A stretch of 56,126 nucleotides of DNA, counting the filler, from Sphacelaria rigidula (Eukaryota), in NCBI GenBank assembly GCA_964200075.2. It is 4 parts of 4 records of this genome, joined end to end, with 100 filler letters (N's around TTAATTAATTAA, not from the genome) between each part and the next. Parts side by side here need not be neighbours in the genome. Positions count along the whole stretch, not along the records: positions 28,115 to 42,070 come from CAXNAA020002554.1; positions 42,171 to 56,126 come from CAXNAA020002555.1; 2 more parts are not named here. One strand, given 5' to 3'. Below the pieces are notes generated by a model. That model ran no database searches, was not told where the DNA came from, and saw only the letters and a list, made by a program, of their open reading frames with translations. Positions 39,294 to 50,754 of the stretch are shown here, one piece after another. The position numbers were made by a program, and so were the translations under genes. Position 1 is the first letter of the stretch, and each line of letters begins with the position of its first letter.

Positions 39294-41305
39294 TTCGCTG
39301 CACCGAAATCAAAGATACAGCAAGTCATGCACATGCACAACATTGTCACGAGACCTCCCGCACGTACTGCTTCGTTGAAACACACCTCATCGCTGATATA
39401 CCCCGCCTGTCGACCCGTCTTGGGGTCGACGTAGGCGTGCAGCTCGTCTATCGTGTCGGCAAAGGACGGACTAGTCGAGCGCTGCAAGTTCGAAACCGAT
39501 ATTCTCGCCGCCAATCTGGCGTAGTGCGGGTGCTCCGTGTTCATATACGCGCACGTTTCCGCCGCCAGGGTATCCAATTCCCACGTAGTCACCCCGCTGT
39601 AAATGCCCTGTACAACCTGTTCGCATGGTTTTGTTTTGGGCAGGGTTGACAACCCCCCCCCAGAAAAAAATGAACCATGAGTAAGCCACATGTCTAGATC
39701 GCTGGATCGAATCATGACTGTATCTATAATAGTTAGCCTGCATATTTTCGAACCGTTTCGACAACCCCTGATCCATAGTTTTGTATTCGCGTACACACGC
39801 AATTCAACTTAGCCCGGTGGTTGATCGCAACAGACGCCGTCCACTTGATGAACAAGCGCTGCTACTACATTCACCATGTTGTGTTGCCAATTCCACAACC
39901 TTTCGGACAAAATAAATGGAGCCTTGGCGAGCGATCACGCTGAAGTCAACCTGCGGGCGCTAGCTTTTGCGCAATTCGCATATTGTTCTGGAGCGACCCA
40001 TTGGTTGAACCGGCGAGTACATTGCACAGTGGTAGGACCCCACATCCCCACTACCCGAAGTCCGAATTGCGCCAGCCAACAGTCTCTATTCGCGGTTGAC
40101 AAGTGACGCGCAGCTTAATTTTAGGAGCTAGGCGCTGAAATTACTCGACACGAGATTTTCATCAGCAATACGCGGAACATATCGAAGTAGCGAAAAAAAG
40201 AAAGAAAGAGCGATTTGAAGTTCCAGTTACGGAGGTCACGAGTTCGAATCCCGACATGATCTTATATTTTCGCAAAACCTGGTTTCCGTCGTTGAGCTGA
40301 TTTGTTATACCGAACAACCTTCTTTTGGTTGAACACGGTGATGTCGGCACTTCCGCACGAGCTTCTGCCCCCCAAAACGCGCGAAACTGGTTTTTGTGTG
40401 GGTTGAGCATTTCTCCAATAACCATCTACTATGAAGCACTTTTCTGCTTTCGTGGAGGTCGAGTCGCATAAAATCACCGTCAGCACCCTTTTTTTTCCAG
40501 CTGTGGAAGAAATGATCATCGGAGATTGGATCGAGAAAAAGTGTTGCAAACCAGTCCCAGCTGGATACTTGTGCTTGTGTTTGTTGTAAGTGACAATTGG
40601 CTTGGAGGTCCTCTCCCACGATGGAGCTGCTGAAGAGCTTGACGCCATTTCGCAGCATTGCCTGTGCACTCTTGGCTGTGCGTGTCAGAGTTGTCATATG
40701 CCCGGTCCGGTGTAATTGTTCAACGTAATTCCGCCGCGTTTCATGAAAAGAAAACCCCTCAGAACACGCTGTCACGCCAGGAGAAGAGATTCACTCTGTA
40801 CTTTATGTACTGCGATAATTACACGGCCAAAACTGCGCCAATCGAACAGCGGCGGAGCCGTGCATGACCAGGTTGGTCTGCAGTTCACAGCGATATATTC
40901 ACATCGGGCCGATTCGAGAGATTGCGAAAGTTGTTGGGTGCTCGTGGCTGTGTAGCCGCAGAAGCACCTTGTCAGTGAACAATATAAAATTAAATATGTT
41001 CTCTCTTGAATTCATCCGGAAAAACATTCTTCTTACCAACAAGGGAATATCTCGAGCACGACGCTATACCTGAGAAACCAGCCGGGTAAGAAAACCGGGT
41101 ACTCACAGGAAAACTACACATTAAATAGGATGATTACCGCGAGAAACAATACCTTGCCAAAGGACCACGTATACCGTACCTTTTGGGCGATGAGAACGGG
41201 GTCGATGTAACGCTCATCCAGGCCCCAACACAGCCTTCGCACACGCGCCGTAATCTTGTCGAACATCACCGGCTCACGGCGCCCATCTCGCTTGACTACG
41301 TGCAT
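29416..41305 (-). CDS. RRM1: Ribonucleoside-diphosphate reductase large subunit (class Ia R1), spliced, 3'-partial (about 408 aa)
   Basis: Exons 41305-41180, 39616-39386, 38956-38867, 38517-38413, 37608-37450, 36167-36028, 34016-33891, 31107-30957 and 29511-29416, all GT-AG and phase-compatible. Motifs: ATP cone ([19 protein letters not shown]), [37 protein letters not shown] (redox Cys), [45 protein letters not shown]. Downstream exons (NLCTEI etc.) are not found before the contig end. Confidence 0.97.
30523..30718 (+). mobile_element. Two adjacent family A copies (both subtypes), each ending in a C-run
   Basis: ..CTGAATACG(C)n followed by GGTCCGGCGAAAA..GTGCTCCGTCC..ATGAGAACTCCCCTCCCCCCCC. 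Confidence 0.75.
30957..31107 (-). CDS. RRM1: RNR R1 exon 8 ([13 protein letters not shown]...YTRYEQ)
   Basis: 151 nt, GT-AG bounded. Confidence 0.96.
31855..32142 (+). mobile_element. Putative tRNA-derived SINE, family C
   Basis: Head GCCGTGCCCCGGTGGTGTAATGG (A-box-like), end TTGATCCCTTGAGACCACGG..GAGGAAGGGGAGGGGTT; copies at 41770-42050 (+) and about 9547-9720 (-), fragments at about 31440-31510 and 50230-50290. Confidence 0.6.
33891..34016 (-). CDS. RRM1: RNR R1 exon 7 ([23 protein letters not shown]...LRAR)
   Basis: 126 nt, phase 2 to phase 2; loop-2 motif QGGGKRPG. Confidence 0.96.
35531..35890 (+). mobile_element. tRNA-derived SINE, family B
   Basis: A box TAGCTCAGTTGG (35538), B box GGTTCGAATC (35584), conserved body AAGCACCGCAG..TGTGTTGACCTTCCTCC..CCCCGGCTGATG; further copies at about 1570-1800, 4040-4295 and 36965-37352. 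Confidence 0.75.
36028..36167 (-). CDS. RRM1: RNR R1 exon 6 ([12 protein letters not shown]...VFDATAR)
   Basis: 140 nt, ends in phase 2; [20 protein letters not shown]. Confidence 0.95.
36611..36680 (-). mobile_element. 70-bp copy of the poly(C)-ended retroposon-like family A, with a 15-bp TSD
   Basis: GAAAGTGTGTTGGGG at both 36596-36610 and 36681-36695; the element reads (minus) GTGCTCCGTCTCGAAAGGGATGCGTGGTCAATGG..TGAGTACGCCC. Confidence 0.85.
36965..37352 (+). mobile_element. SINE family B copy (RNR intron)
   Basis: Degenerate head TAGCCCAGTGG; body matches 35620-35890 and 1600-1800 (..ACCGAAAGGTGTAGACTGGCGT..GATGGGATGACAACACA). Confidence 0.7.
37450..37608 (-). CDS. RRM1: RNR R1 exon 5 ([10 protein letters not shown]...IYDTLKQ)
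   Basis: 159 nt; [21 protein letters not shown]. Confidence 0.96.
38011..38080 (+). mobile_element. 3' end of a retroposon with a (CAAT)n tail
   Basis: CGGCTAGACCCCTGGGAGGTCAGTTAAAGTGCGGCAAT..(CAAT)n; related ends at 20563-20637 (+) and about 31806-31862 (-). Confidence 0.55.
38413..38517 (-). CDS. RRM1: RNR R1 exon 4 (TLERAYLLK...IHGEDLE)
   Basis: 105 nt, translated by hand; [16 protein letters not shown]. Confidence 0.95.
38867..38956 (-). CDS. RRM1: RNR R1 exon 3 (VHATVMKY...FDYFGFK)
   Basis: 90 nt, GT-AG bounded. Confidence 0.95.
39198..39292. repeat. (AAC)n microsatellite in RNR intron 2
   Basis: Direct inspection. Confidence 0.95.
39386..39616 (-). CDS. RRM1: RNR R1 exon 2 ([11 protein letters not shown]...GYISDE)
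   Basis: 231 nt, CAG| acceptor, GAG|GTGTG donor; [29 protein letters not shown]. Confidence 0.96.
41180..41305 (-). CDS. RRM1: RNR R1 exon 1 (MHVVKRDG...IAQK), ATP cone
   Basis: 126 nt, donor AAG|GTACGG. Confidence 0.95.
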
Positions 41306-41769
41306 CGACGGGGTAGCCCCCTGACCAGAAGCGGAATTAAATTAAACGCAACAAAAAACAACACATTTATATGAGCGAATCGTGATGTTTCTAGCGTGCA
41401 GCACCGTGAGTGTTTCATGTCACTTCCGTTTTTCTCTCAGGCGCATCTGAACACAACAAGCTCCATCGGAATTACTGCGGACCTTTGATGCTACAGGAGT
41501 TACATTCTTGCCGCCCGGGTTCATTCGTGTCGCCGGTGGCAGCGTAACGCAGCCACCAAGCAAGAAGTCGTGGGCAAAGCAAACGCCGCGGGTGGCTCGA
41601 GTGTACACCTTCACGCCTCATGATAGCGGGCGGGCAAACATGAGCAAACCACAAATCCATCTAGCGTATGTAGGACGTACGTGACAGAGAAAATATGTTC
41701 CTTCAGTTATAATGCCCGATGGCAGACGGCCTACGTATCGTACACCATGCATTAAGCAATTGCACTTGT

Positions 41770-42050
41770 CGCCGCGCCGCGGTGGTGTAAAGTAAAATGC
41801 TCCGACTGTCACCATTAAAGGTGGAGAGAACGTGGATTGGGTTCCCCATGCGTTGGTTTTTTTCTTCGGAGTATCTGGTTTCCGCTGTTCAAAGGGTGAG
41901 TATGTGAGTAAACGAAAAGCAGTTGGCTGATTTGTTTGAAGAGAGTTGACGCCGTGCGGGAGTGCTTCGCGAGGCTGAAATGCAAAATGCGTACCGGGGA
42001 AAGATGGGTTGATCCCTTGAGACCACGGTCCTGAGGAAGGGGAGGGGTTA
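41770..42050 (+). mobile_element. SINE family C copy upstream of RNR
   Basis: Colinear homology with 31855-32142. Confidence 0.6.
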
Positions 42051-42070
42051 AAAATGCGACCAATGTAATA

Positions 42071-42170
42071 NNNNNNNNNNNNNNNNNNNNNNNNNNNNNN
42101 NNNNNNNNNNNNNNTTAATTAATTAANNNNNNNNNNNNNNNNNNNNNNNNNNNNNNNNNNNNNNNNNNNN
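42071..42170. other. Artificial contig linker (N44-TTAATTAATTAA-N44)
   Basis: Same 100-bp structure, linker at 42115-42126. Confidence 0.98.
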
Positions 42171-44613
42171 GGTGAGCTGCAGCCTGCTAAGATTGTTCGG
42201 CCCGAAGCCTACTGATTATCTTGCATTTATATGGCAGCCTACAATGAGTTGCTTTTTTGTCTGGTATCGCCACCTTCAGAGACGGCCACGGTTTATACAC
42301 TGCCTCGTTGCTGTCTCACCATTTCCACACCACGTAGTACGACCATCCCCATCGTGCGGAGTTGAGGTTCTCCCCACGCCGCACAACATGATCTAGCTGG
42401 ACTACCATCATGGTTACCGCGAAAAAAACGCTAGCGCGTAAAAAAAACGGTTACCTGGTTGCCTAGCTTACGCAGTGAGTCGCGTGTTTCAGAGCGCCAT
42501 CGCCAACCGAAGTCAATCCCATCGGAGGTCCGCCCCTACAAAGCCGGGACGGAGCACGCCGGGTTCTCGCCGGACCAGGCTGAAGGGGGGCGGGGCATAC
42601 TCATCTTTTGCTTGCCCTTTTCGTTTGACCATTGACCACGCATCCCTTTCGAGACGGAGCATCCTTTAGGGGAACGACGTAGGGAAATATCACCTCACCT
42701 AGCCAGTTGTTCGTGTGTATTCAAACGCTCTTGTAGCTAAAAAGGTATGCGGCTTCGAGTGGCCTTCATGCTGCTTCAAAACCGGTTCTTGGATAACATG
42801 CAAAAAACCACTTCTGTTGGGCACAATGCCCATACATGTGGTAATTTTTCGCAGCGAGATGTGAAATTCAACCAATCGGAAGCCCTTCAGTGAGGAATGG
42901 GCAGAATCTAACGTCAATGAAATGCGACCTTGTACTGAATTATGTAGTGGAAAATGCTCATGATAGCCTCGCACACTCGAGGTACACCTGTAGTGTACGA
43001 CGTACTACAGTACAGGAGTGAACAGTAGCGCTGGGACGGGTAGAACAGCAGCAGAGAAACGAATCTGCAAGCAGATAAGCAGCCAGCGAGTGGTACATTG
43101 CCGCCGTAGAGCGTCATTGCAATGCTCGTGTATAGGTATATCCCCATCTTAGTACGGCTGGTTGTGTCTTTCCATCGCTGCGAGCGCTTGCGCCGATGCC
43201 AGCGGCAGCTGACGGGTGCAAGCAGTACCCTGGCGGTGCAGTATATCCGCCCTATGCTATGGGTTGCTCCTTTCGTCGGAGCACGGTGTCTGACCCAGCC
43301 GGTCGAGCGGTGTATACCGCCGCTGCTTGTGTGCCTTTACCCAGCCATGTTCGGTATCGCGCAAACGATGGGTCTGGGTAACATGAAGTTTTCAACAGTC
43401 AGGTGTGTAGATAGCACTGCGTCCCTATTGATACTATACAGGCTGGTTCACGGTGATCACCCAAAATTGTGTCATCAGCTAATGCCTTCCGCGATACGCA
43501 CCCAATAGTCGCATATAGGGTATCATACTGACCGCAATGAAGAGACGAAGGGGGTGATAAGGCCGGATTTTTCTTCCAGGCCGCAGCGGTGGCGCTATGG
43601 TCGAAAATGTGTCTCAGCCAATCAGCGCCCTTAAATTACGAATACCAAGCCCAATTTTCACCCGTTCTCTACATGCTTCAAATCTTAGTAACCGTCATCG
43701 ACACGGGAATCCAACGAGAAAGTCGTATTTTTCAAACGGTTACTACGGGAGTCGAATATACCCGAAACCGTGATGTTTCGGTCATGTCGGGTGTTGGCGT
43801 CGTCTAATTTCCACCAATGATACGCACGAAAGACCCAGGGAGCCTCGTGGCGGTGTCCCCTGTATCTGTTGTATAGAAAAGCTCAGATCGCCCTCAAACT
43901 CGGCAATTCCGTAGGTATTGATGCTCAAAATGGGAAAATTGTATTCTTGACAATATATCATGTTTTCTCCGTTCTCTACCGGCTTCCGGGGGTCCCAGCA
44001 TGAAGACTCCCGGGAGGTGGTACAGAATGCCCTAAAAGAAAAATAATGAATTGATGCGTCGCGGGGGATTCCAAGAAACACATGTACAAATTTTGGTGGA
44101 GAAAACTCGAAAACCTCATACGGTTTTCTTGCCTTGACGTCAAATTCACCCCAAAAGACGTTTCCATACTAAAACCAAGTAGTTAGGAGTTGCACGTTTC
44201 AAGCCCGTCCTCCACAAATGCGCAAACTTTCACGCTGTCATCGGGAATTAGATCCTAAAACTTCGCAGAAATATGCCATGTATCATTACGCAACTTTCTA
44301 CGGACGATGTTTTTCGTACTTCTTCATTTTTTCACCGTTTTTCGGGGGTCCGACGGGATCGAAGTCGTTTTTCGAAGTAGTCTCCATTTTGGGACCCCAG
44401 AAAAGCGGCACTACGATTTTTTTTTCATCTTCTCGCAAAATATCTGCCTCCGCACAACCCAAGGATGGGCTCCACAAGTTTTCGTCGCAAAAATCGATCG
44501 GCTGATGCTTGAATTTCCGTGTTCACGTCAAAGAAGGCCCCAAAACGCCGTTTTGGTACTAAAATCAACTAGTTTGCGGTTTCACCGCGGTACGGTAAAC
44601 TTCATCGCACAAA

Positions 44614-44888
44614 GGCCAAAAACCTCACGCCGTTTTAAGGAGTTAGACCCTGAAATTTTGCACAACTGTGCGTTGGGACATTACGCAACTTTCGAGGAAC
44701 GGAGTTTTTTCAAACACCGTTTTGCGGGGGTCCGATGGGGTCGAGGTTTCCCCCATAAAACTGGGACCCCCGAAAAACGGTGAAAAAAGTCGAAAAAAAA
44801 AACGTTCCTCCAGAGTTGCGTAGTGATCCATTGAACATTCGTGCAAAATTTCAGGGTCTAACTCCTTAAAACGGCGTGAGGTTTTGCC
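44614..44888. repeat. Foldback element with an upstream diverged direct copy (about 44150-44420)
   Basis: AAAACCTCACGCCGTTTTAAGGAGTTAGACCCTGAAATTTTGCAC and its exact reverse complement at 44840-44886. Confidence 0.8.
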
Positions 44889-45331
44889 GATCAGTGTTTT
44901 TTGGGTGATAAGCGTGAACCAGCCCGTATTTTACAGAGAGACGGACACAACAAATACAGCAGCTCAGGCAATCTCAGAAGAGACCAAACCGTCTTCGCAA
45001 GGTCTAAACACACCACAAAACAGGGATAGCTACAGCACATGAGAGCGGACGTGAGCGTGTTTGTGCTGCAGTACAGCGAAACAGGAAATGTCTCATGTTT
45101 TAGTTCTTCGCCTGATTTTGAACGGATCCTCAGGGTTTGCTGGGTGCTGATCATGAACTCTCGGCCGTGATCGCGCTTCGCGCATTTTTTTTTATTTACT
45201 GCAAAATCATCCTCATGTCTGGGTCCTGTGGCTTCCTGCTGTTATCATCATCATTGTTATCGTGGCTGTTGATTTTTTCAATCTTATTGTTATTATCTTA
45301 TTTTTATTGTACTATTATTCTTGTAATCATC

Positions 45332-45374
<43 letters not shown>

Positions 45375-45573
45375 TACCATCATTTAGTGGTATCATCTTG
45401 ATTATTATTATTATTATTTCGGTTGCATTCGCTCAATCTCTCCAACCCGTGGTCACACACAGAGCGCAACATCATCATTTCTATCATTTAGTAGTATCAT
45501 CTTGATTATTATTATTATGATTTCGGTTGCATTCGCTTAATCTCTCCAACCCGTGGTCACACACAGAGCGCAA
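45332..45573. repeat. (CAT)n microsatellite followed by a tandem duplication with a period of about 104 bp
   Basis: ATCATTTAGT.GTATCATCTTGATT..CGGTTGCATTCGCT.AATCTCTCCAACCCGTGGTCACACACAGAGCGCAAC at 45379 and 45483. Confidence 0.9.
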
Positions 45574-46831
45574 CGAGTACGCCATCTACACTAGAACGTC
45601 GTCTTCAAAGGCATGCCTGCAAAATTACCCCAACTACCTTTCCTAAAACAGGCGTGCCTGAACCAGGCCCTGGCATACAAGACATGCCTGGCTTTTTGCC
45701 TTAGAACCCCTTTTCAGGAAGGGTTGCATGAAAAGTCACTCTTTCCCTGCAACATAGGTATCTCTGTATATATCTCGTGTGTAAATGGAACCGACCGCTG
45801 GCTGTTAGCCGCGTCTGGAGTGTATCTCGTGTCGCTTCCCCGAGGGTGGTAGGGGGTATTGTGTCAAGAGTAGTCGATTCGTCCAATCACCACCACTTCT
45901 TTAGTTGCGAGTTATAATCTTTTATTTCAATTCCTTTCATTGTGTCTATGTTATACCTTTGGACTCCGTCAACATCCATGTCGTGGCGTGCTTCACCGAC
46001 AACTTGCATGCGTATCCCATCCATTCGCGTCATTGTAAATTGCTATTATTTGTGTATACATGGTCGATTATATGTATGTTTCGTTGTCAACGATGTGGTG
46101 CTCATTCGCCGTACTTGTTTTGCGCCGCTCATCATTACTCCACACAACCTGATAATTGTGCTATGTTTGTGTTGTCCGCCTCGATGTTGAGTCGCCCGGT
46201 TTGTCCTCGGACTCGCTCGAGACATCGAGTGCGTTTTAGTTCGATAGTTACACAGACGCCAAGTCGACACTTCGTCTATCAATAGTACCACTTGTGCCGG
46301 GCTCGGGCTCCTCAACCTAACCTTGCCTCCCGAGATGATTTCTTTCAGTTCCAGGCATCTTTCTTGCACTTGCATCGACACCGACACCCCACCACGGATG
46401 GAGTCCGAACCCAGTTGGTTGCCCCGTTGTGTGCTCGGATACCCAACGGATATCACACATCATCTTCACCGACAGTTGTTGAAGGACATTACCGCACATG
46501 ATGCACTGCTTGAGAGTACTCACGCCAGGCCACCAAGACCCTGTGCCGCACCTGTCTGTTCCGTGCTCCGCCGTGCCTTCTGCGTATGCCAAATTGGGCT
46601 CTTGCCCACCGGCCAAGCCCCGACTTTACCGGCAGCAAAAGATGTCGCATGGCGAGCTCATAAAACATCTGATCCGTGGCACGGTAAGGTTGAGGGTGGG
46701 CGTCGCGTTCGTGTGAAGCGCAAATCCCTTGCTTCAGTAATGGAGGGAAAATGCATGTACGCAAGCCTAGAGTAGAGAGACGGATGGCAAGGGCAATAGA
46801 TATGGCCGTGTACCTGGAGAAAGCATAGACA

Positions 46832-47073
46832 TGCATGCCGTAGTCGTAATACCATTGACCTCGCATCCCTGCAAAGCCTGGACGGAGCACACCGGGTTTT
46901 TGTCGGAACAGGCTCGCAATCAATCACCGAGCGCGAAGCGTCGTGATGTATTCGGCGAGTCGCATGAAGGGTGGGACAGCCTACAATGAGCTGTTTTATT
47001 GTCTGGCATCGCCACTTCTTTGGACAGTCGCGGCTTACAACACACTGCCTCTGCCTCATGGGTGTCTCACCAT
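46832..47073 (-). mobile_element. Family A, longest copy seen
   Basis: Extends 5' into a segment also present at 38085-38195 and 42233-42322. Confidence 0.7.
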
Positions 47074-47410
47074 GGCGTGTGGGGGGGGGGGGCGACACTG
47101 CAATACATACCACCGTTCATCAACAATGATGCGAAATCTTTACAAATTGAAGATCAAGAATATTAACATCAAACGTCAGAAATCGGAATCGAGACCCAAA
47201 GCCGAAAATCAAAACCTCAACATCAAAAGCAACATCAAAGCTTGAAGAGTATAAAGTTCAAAGTTTGACGATAAAGCTTCAACATGCTATATTCAGAATC
47301 GATATTTAAAGTTCAGGATCCAAAGCTCAAACCTCGGTATTCAATATCGAAGCAATAAAAACAGAAACAAGAATGCGAAACATGCGAAAATATGAACAAC
47401 TCCCCAGCAT

Positions 47411-48834
47411 GGCGGGTTCTCGTCCAAGACGATCGTCACTTATCAAAAAACACTCATGAAAAATCATAACCCCACAACGACCAGTTTTGAATTTTGCCGA
47501 GAGGACCTGAGTCCACATCGAAGCCCAGATCTGCACAAAGGTTCAGAAATGCGGCGATTTTGGAAGTGGTCGATGGCCCAACCAACATCGCTGTACCAGT
47601 ACAGACAGGACGCAACAAGGCAACACAACACCTATACGCCTGGCCCTGAAATCCCACGCACAGAGCGTATTGGCACTGACGGTAGCCCTTGCTCATCTAC
47701 TGTATACACGGCAGACTTTGTTTGACGGAAAGTCTCATCTGTATTGGAGGAAAGGCGGCCGCATGCGTGTCAGAAACAACCGACAACGTGCCGTTGCTCA
47801 TCGTTTTGTAAGCGTGTGCTGTGCGCGCGTCTCATACAAATCATCATTTCATTGAATTGTCAACAGTGTCGAGCAAGGCCACGCACAACGTGCTCAGCTG
47901 ATGAGCAGCTACGGCTCGAGCTACGAGCTGGGCCAGCCAAGAGTAGGTGTAAATCTCGCTCAGGCGACGCACGGCGCGATATTAGGAGTTGGACGCTGAA
48001 ATTTTGGCAGCAGCTTTTTATCCTCGAAATGCAGAAGATCACGTCAGCAGCAGAAGAATATATATATATATATACACACACATATACATATATGGGCATT
48101 TGAAATTTGAGCAAAAACAAGGTAATGTCAAAAGTGCAGGAAAAAAAGGAGGATCTGCAGCTGCTCACGTTAAGTAACAGTTCCTTGGGTGCAGAAGGTC
48201 TACCTGAAATTTCAGCCCAACAGTCGTCGAATTGGGCCGTGCGTGCAACATTTTCCGTGACGCTGCTGCACCCCTATATATCAAGTGATGGGAGACTCCA
48301 ATTATGGAGGTCATGAGTTCGAACCCCAACAGATTCACTTTTTTTTTCGTCCGTCGTTGAGGCCATACATTATGCAGTACATGTTTATAATAAAAATAAT
48401 AATTCAGGGGCGGTGCCGTGTGTTACCAGGTTGGTCTACAGTTCACAGTGATACGCTTACATCGGGCTCATTCGGGAAACTGGGAAAGCTGTGGTGTGAG
48501 CAACTTGTAGCCGCTTTTAAGCTGGCACAGTTCGTATCTGTTCCCGGTTTGCGGGGGCAATGCGTTCCTCAGGGTCACGTACTATTATGTCGGGTCGTCC
48601 GCCAAGCCTGTGCATGTGCCTGTCAACGGACATTATTTATCTTCCCGTTCGAGGTATAAACAAGCAGAGAGTAATTCCAGGGAGATATTTTCACATCCTC
48701 AAATCACTTATGCAAAAATCGGTTTTGGGGCGCTTTTTCAGGGGGTCGGTCGTATCGCAGCGACCAATCACAGGCCGCTTTATCCTCATAGTGATTTGTC
48801 AAAAAGTGACAGTCATGTTCGATGAGAACCCGCC
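47411..48834. mobile_element. Diverged copy of the PIF/Harbinger-type MITE (inverted relative to 109-886), interrupted by a nested element
   Basis: TIR GGCGGGTTCTC / GAGAACCCGCC; 47480-47910 and 48700-48834 are reverse-complement homologues of the 109-886 element; TSD not intact. Confidence 0.75.
47924..48534. mobile_element. Tc1/mariner-type MITE nested in the Harbinger MITE
   Basis: TA|CGAGCTGGGCCAGC ... GCTGGCACAGTTCG|TA (12/14 TIR match, TA TSD); homologous partial copy at 14058-14457; same TIR start at about 13692. Confidence 0.75.
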
Positions 48835-49702
48835 TGATAATCTTCAAATAGTGTATTTTCAGCTCTCTCCTCAGTTTCAAGTTGAAGGTATTCACTTAGT
48901 TTCAGGTTCTCTCCATCTCTCGAACATCGAATGATGAGTCACCGAAGGCATATTTCCAACACAAGTAGCGAGACCGGCCCATACACTCAAGCTTATCTTG
49001 CAGCACTGCCAATCGCCTTTGCTGACCCGCATGAACACTTCCAGCGTGAAACCCGCATGACCTCTCTAATGAAAAACGGACCGTTTTTATTTTATTTTCC
49101 AGTTGTGGACAAACCAAGCCGGTCTAGCTTCCTTTCGCATCGGTGACCACTTCCGAACCACCCGACTAGATAATACCCTATCGCACGCAAAAAGATAAAT
49201 GGGAGAACTGGAGAATTAACGAAATGGTGGAAGAGCCTGAAACGATCTCGAACTGAGTGACGTCGTACCCTACTTGTTCCTATATTGGAAGCGACCGAGA
49301 GATGCGCGAGGAAACAAAGATTTGTACAAACCGCGCGTGGCCGCACTTCTTCCAACAAAGGGGTTGTTGTTGTTTGGTGTACATCGCATACAGCGGCAGA
49401 TGAAAGCTTTGATTCGGACACAATACCTAGGCCAGTCCGCGCGATAACGTTGCTCTCGTCATGGGTGGATCAGGAGCCTCTTGGAAGCACATATTTTGTT
49501 CAATGCGCCGCCACCGCGAAACATGACCACCATCTCACAAATCTCACGACACACTACTTCTCGTAGTACCATAATACAAAGGCACAACGAAGACATGAAA
49601 TATAACAAAACACTCAAACGCGAGCACGGAATCGGTCGAGCGGCCGCTTAGAGGAACAGCAGGAAATAAACGCATCCCGAACATCTCTTTCACTGTAGCT
49701 CA

Positions 49703-49985
49703 CCAACACGATTTTGATCTCAACCGCGAAACCCGAGGCGAACAGGAGCATTTTGAAGAAGATGACGCCCATGCCATCCGGGGTTTCATCATCAAACACA
49801 TATCTCTCCCTCGGAGCCTCGGGAAGAAACTCGTAGTCGACCGCCTCGAGCCGACCATATATCAAGATGGCCAGAACCCTCAGCTGAGATATTGCTATAT
49901 CGGTCAACTCTTGGAGGAAATGCTCTGCCGCATCTCGCGGTATGTCCCCTGGCCTGACAGTCCGCGATCCAAGCCCGTTGAGATC
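49703..49985 (-). CDS. Putative exon of an unknown protein
   Basis: Open frame DLNGLGSRTV...AVEIKIVL between a GAGCAG acceptor and a GTGAGC donor; globular-like composition. Confidence 0.35.
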
Positions 49986-50754
49986 CTGCTCCGAGTCAGC
50001 GGGGCGGCACAAGATAAACACGCATGGTCAGCTCATAGACCATGGATCATGGCTCATAGGTTATGTACGAGGTATGTGGTTGTGAAGGTGCGAATGACGA
50101 CAGCATGTCTGAGGGATGTTTGACGTCTACATAATCATGTACAGTACTATGTCTTTCACCCTGAATTCGAGAAACCGGGTTAACATGCGAACATAATTAT
50201 GCACTCTTGTACTTGGTCATACTCTCCTCCTCCTCAGGACGAGTCCGTAGGGTCAAGGGATAATCTATCTTCTCATCTCTCCCTCGGTACCTGCCCTGCC
50301 GTGGCATTCCACTCTAGTGTCGGGCGTTGTCGATCGTTGTCGACCGTTGTCGACCGTTGGATCATGACCAGAGTACCAGGGAGTTTCATGGAACTAGTGT
50401 ACAGTATCTATCTTCAACTGCCCTTGTATTGTCACGATTTTATGTGCTCTAGACTACTCGGGGACCAGAACCAGGGCCAGGGAAACACTCCACACTACTG
50501 CCGGCATTCCACCCCGAAACCCACATTCCAGTCCACCCACAGTTACTATAGGAAAGGGTTAGGTTAGTCTCCCAAGAACATTACACGGAGTGCAAGTTTC
50601 CTCTCGAGTGCTACGAAAATCCCGGTGTTCCGCTAATCTTTGAAATTATATGCCGACAGGGGTGGATACATCTTCGGTTCACATTTTTCTCTGCCTTTTG
50701 TTTTGTTTTGTTTCTACTTTTCCCCCCTCCCCCCTTGTTCTTCTCTTGCTCCAG

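Noticed and set aside
39110..39649. 179-aa poly-Asn ORF (+) and poly-Val extension (-)
   Set aside because: Read-through of an intronic (AAC)n microsatellite and the antisense of RNR exon 2
28115..42070. Viral (phaeovirus/NCLDV) origin of the RNR gene
   Set aside because: The gene has eight spliceosomal introns, many repeat-filled and kb-scale, and an N-terminal ATP cone, with no gene-dense viral neighbourhood
45843..46280. Polypurine tract followed by TG, suggesting an LTR
   Set aside because: No second LTR, PBS or gag/pol remnant recognised in the contig
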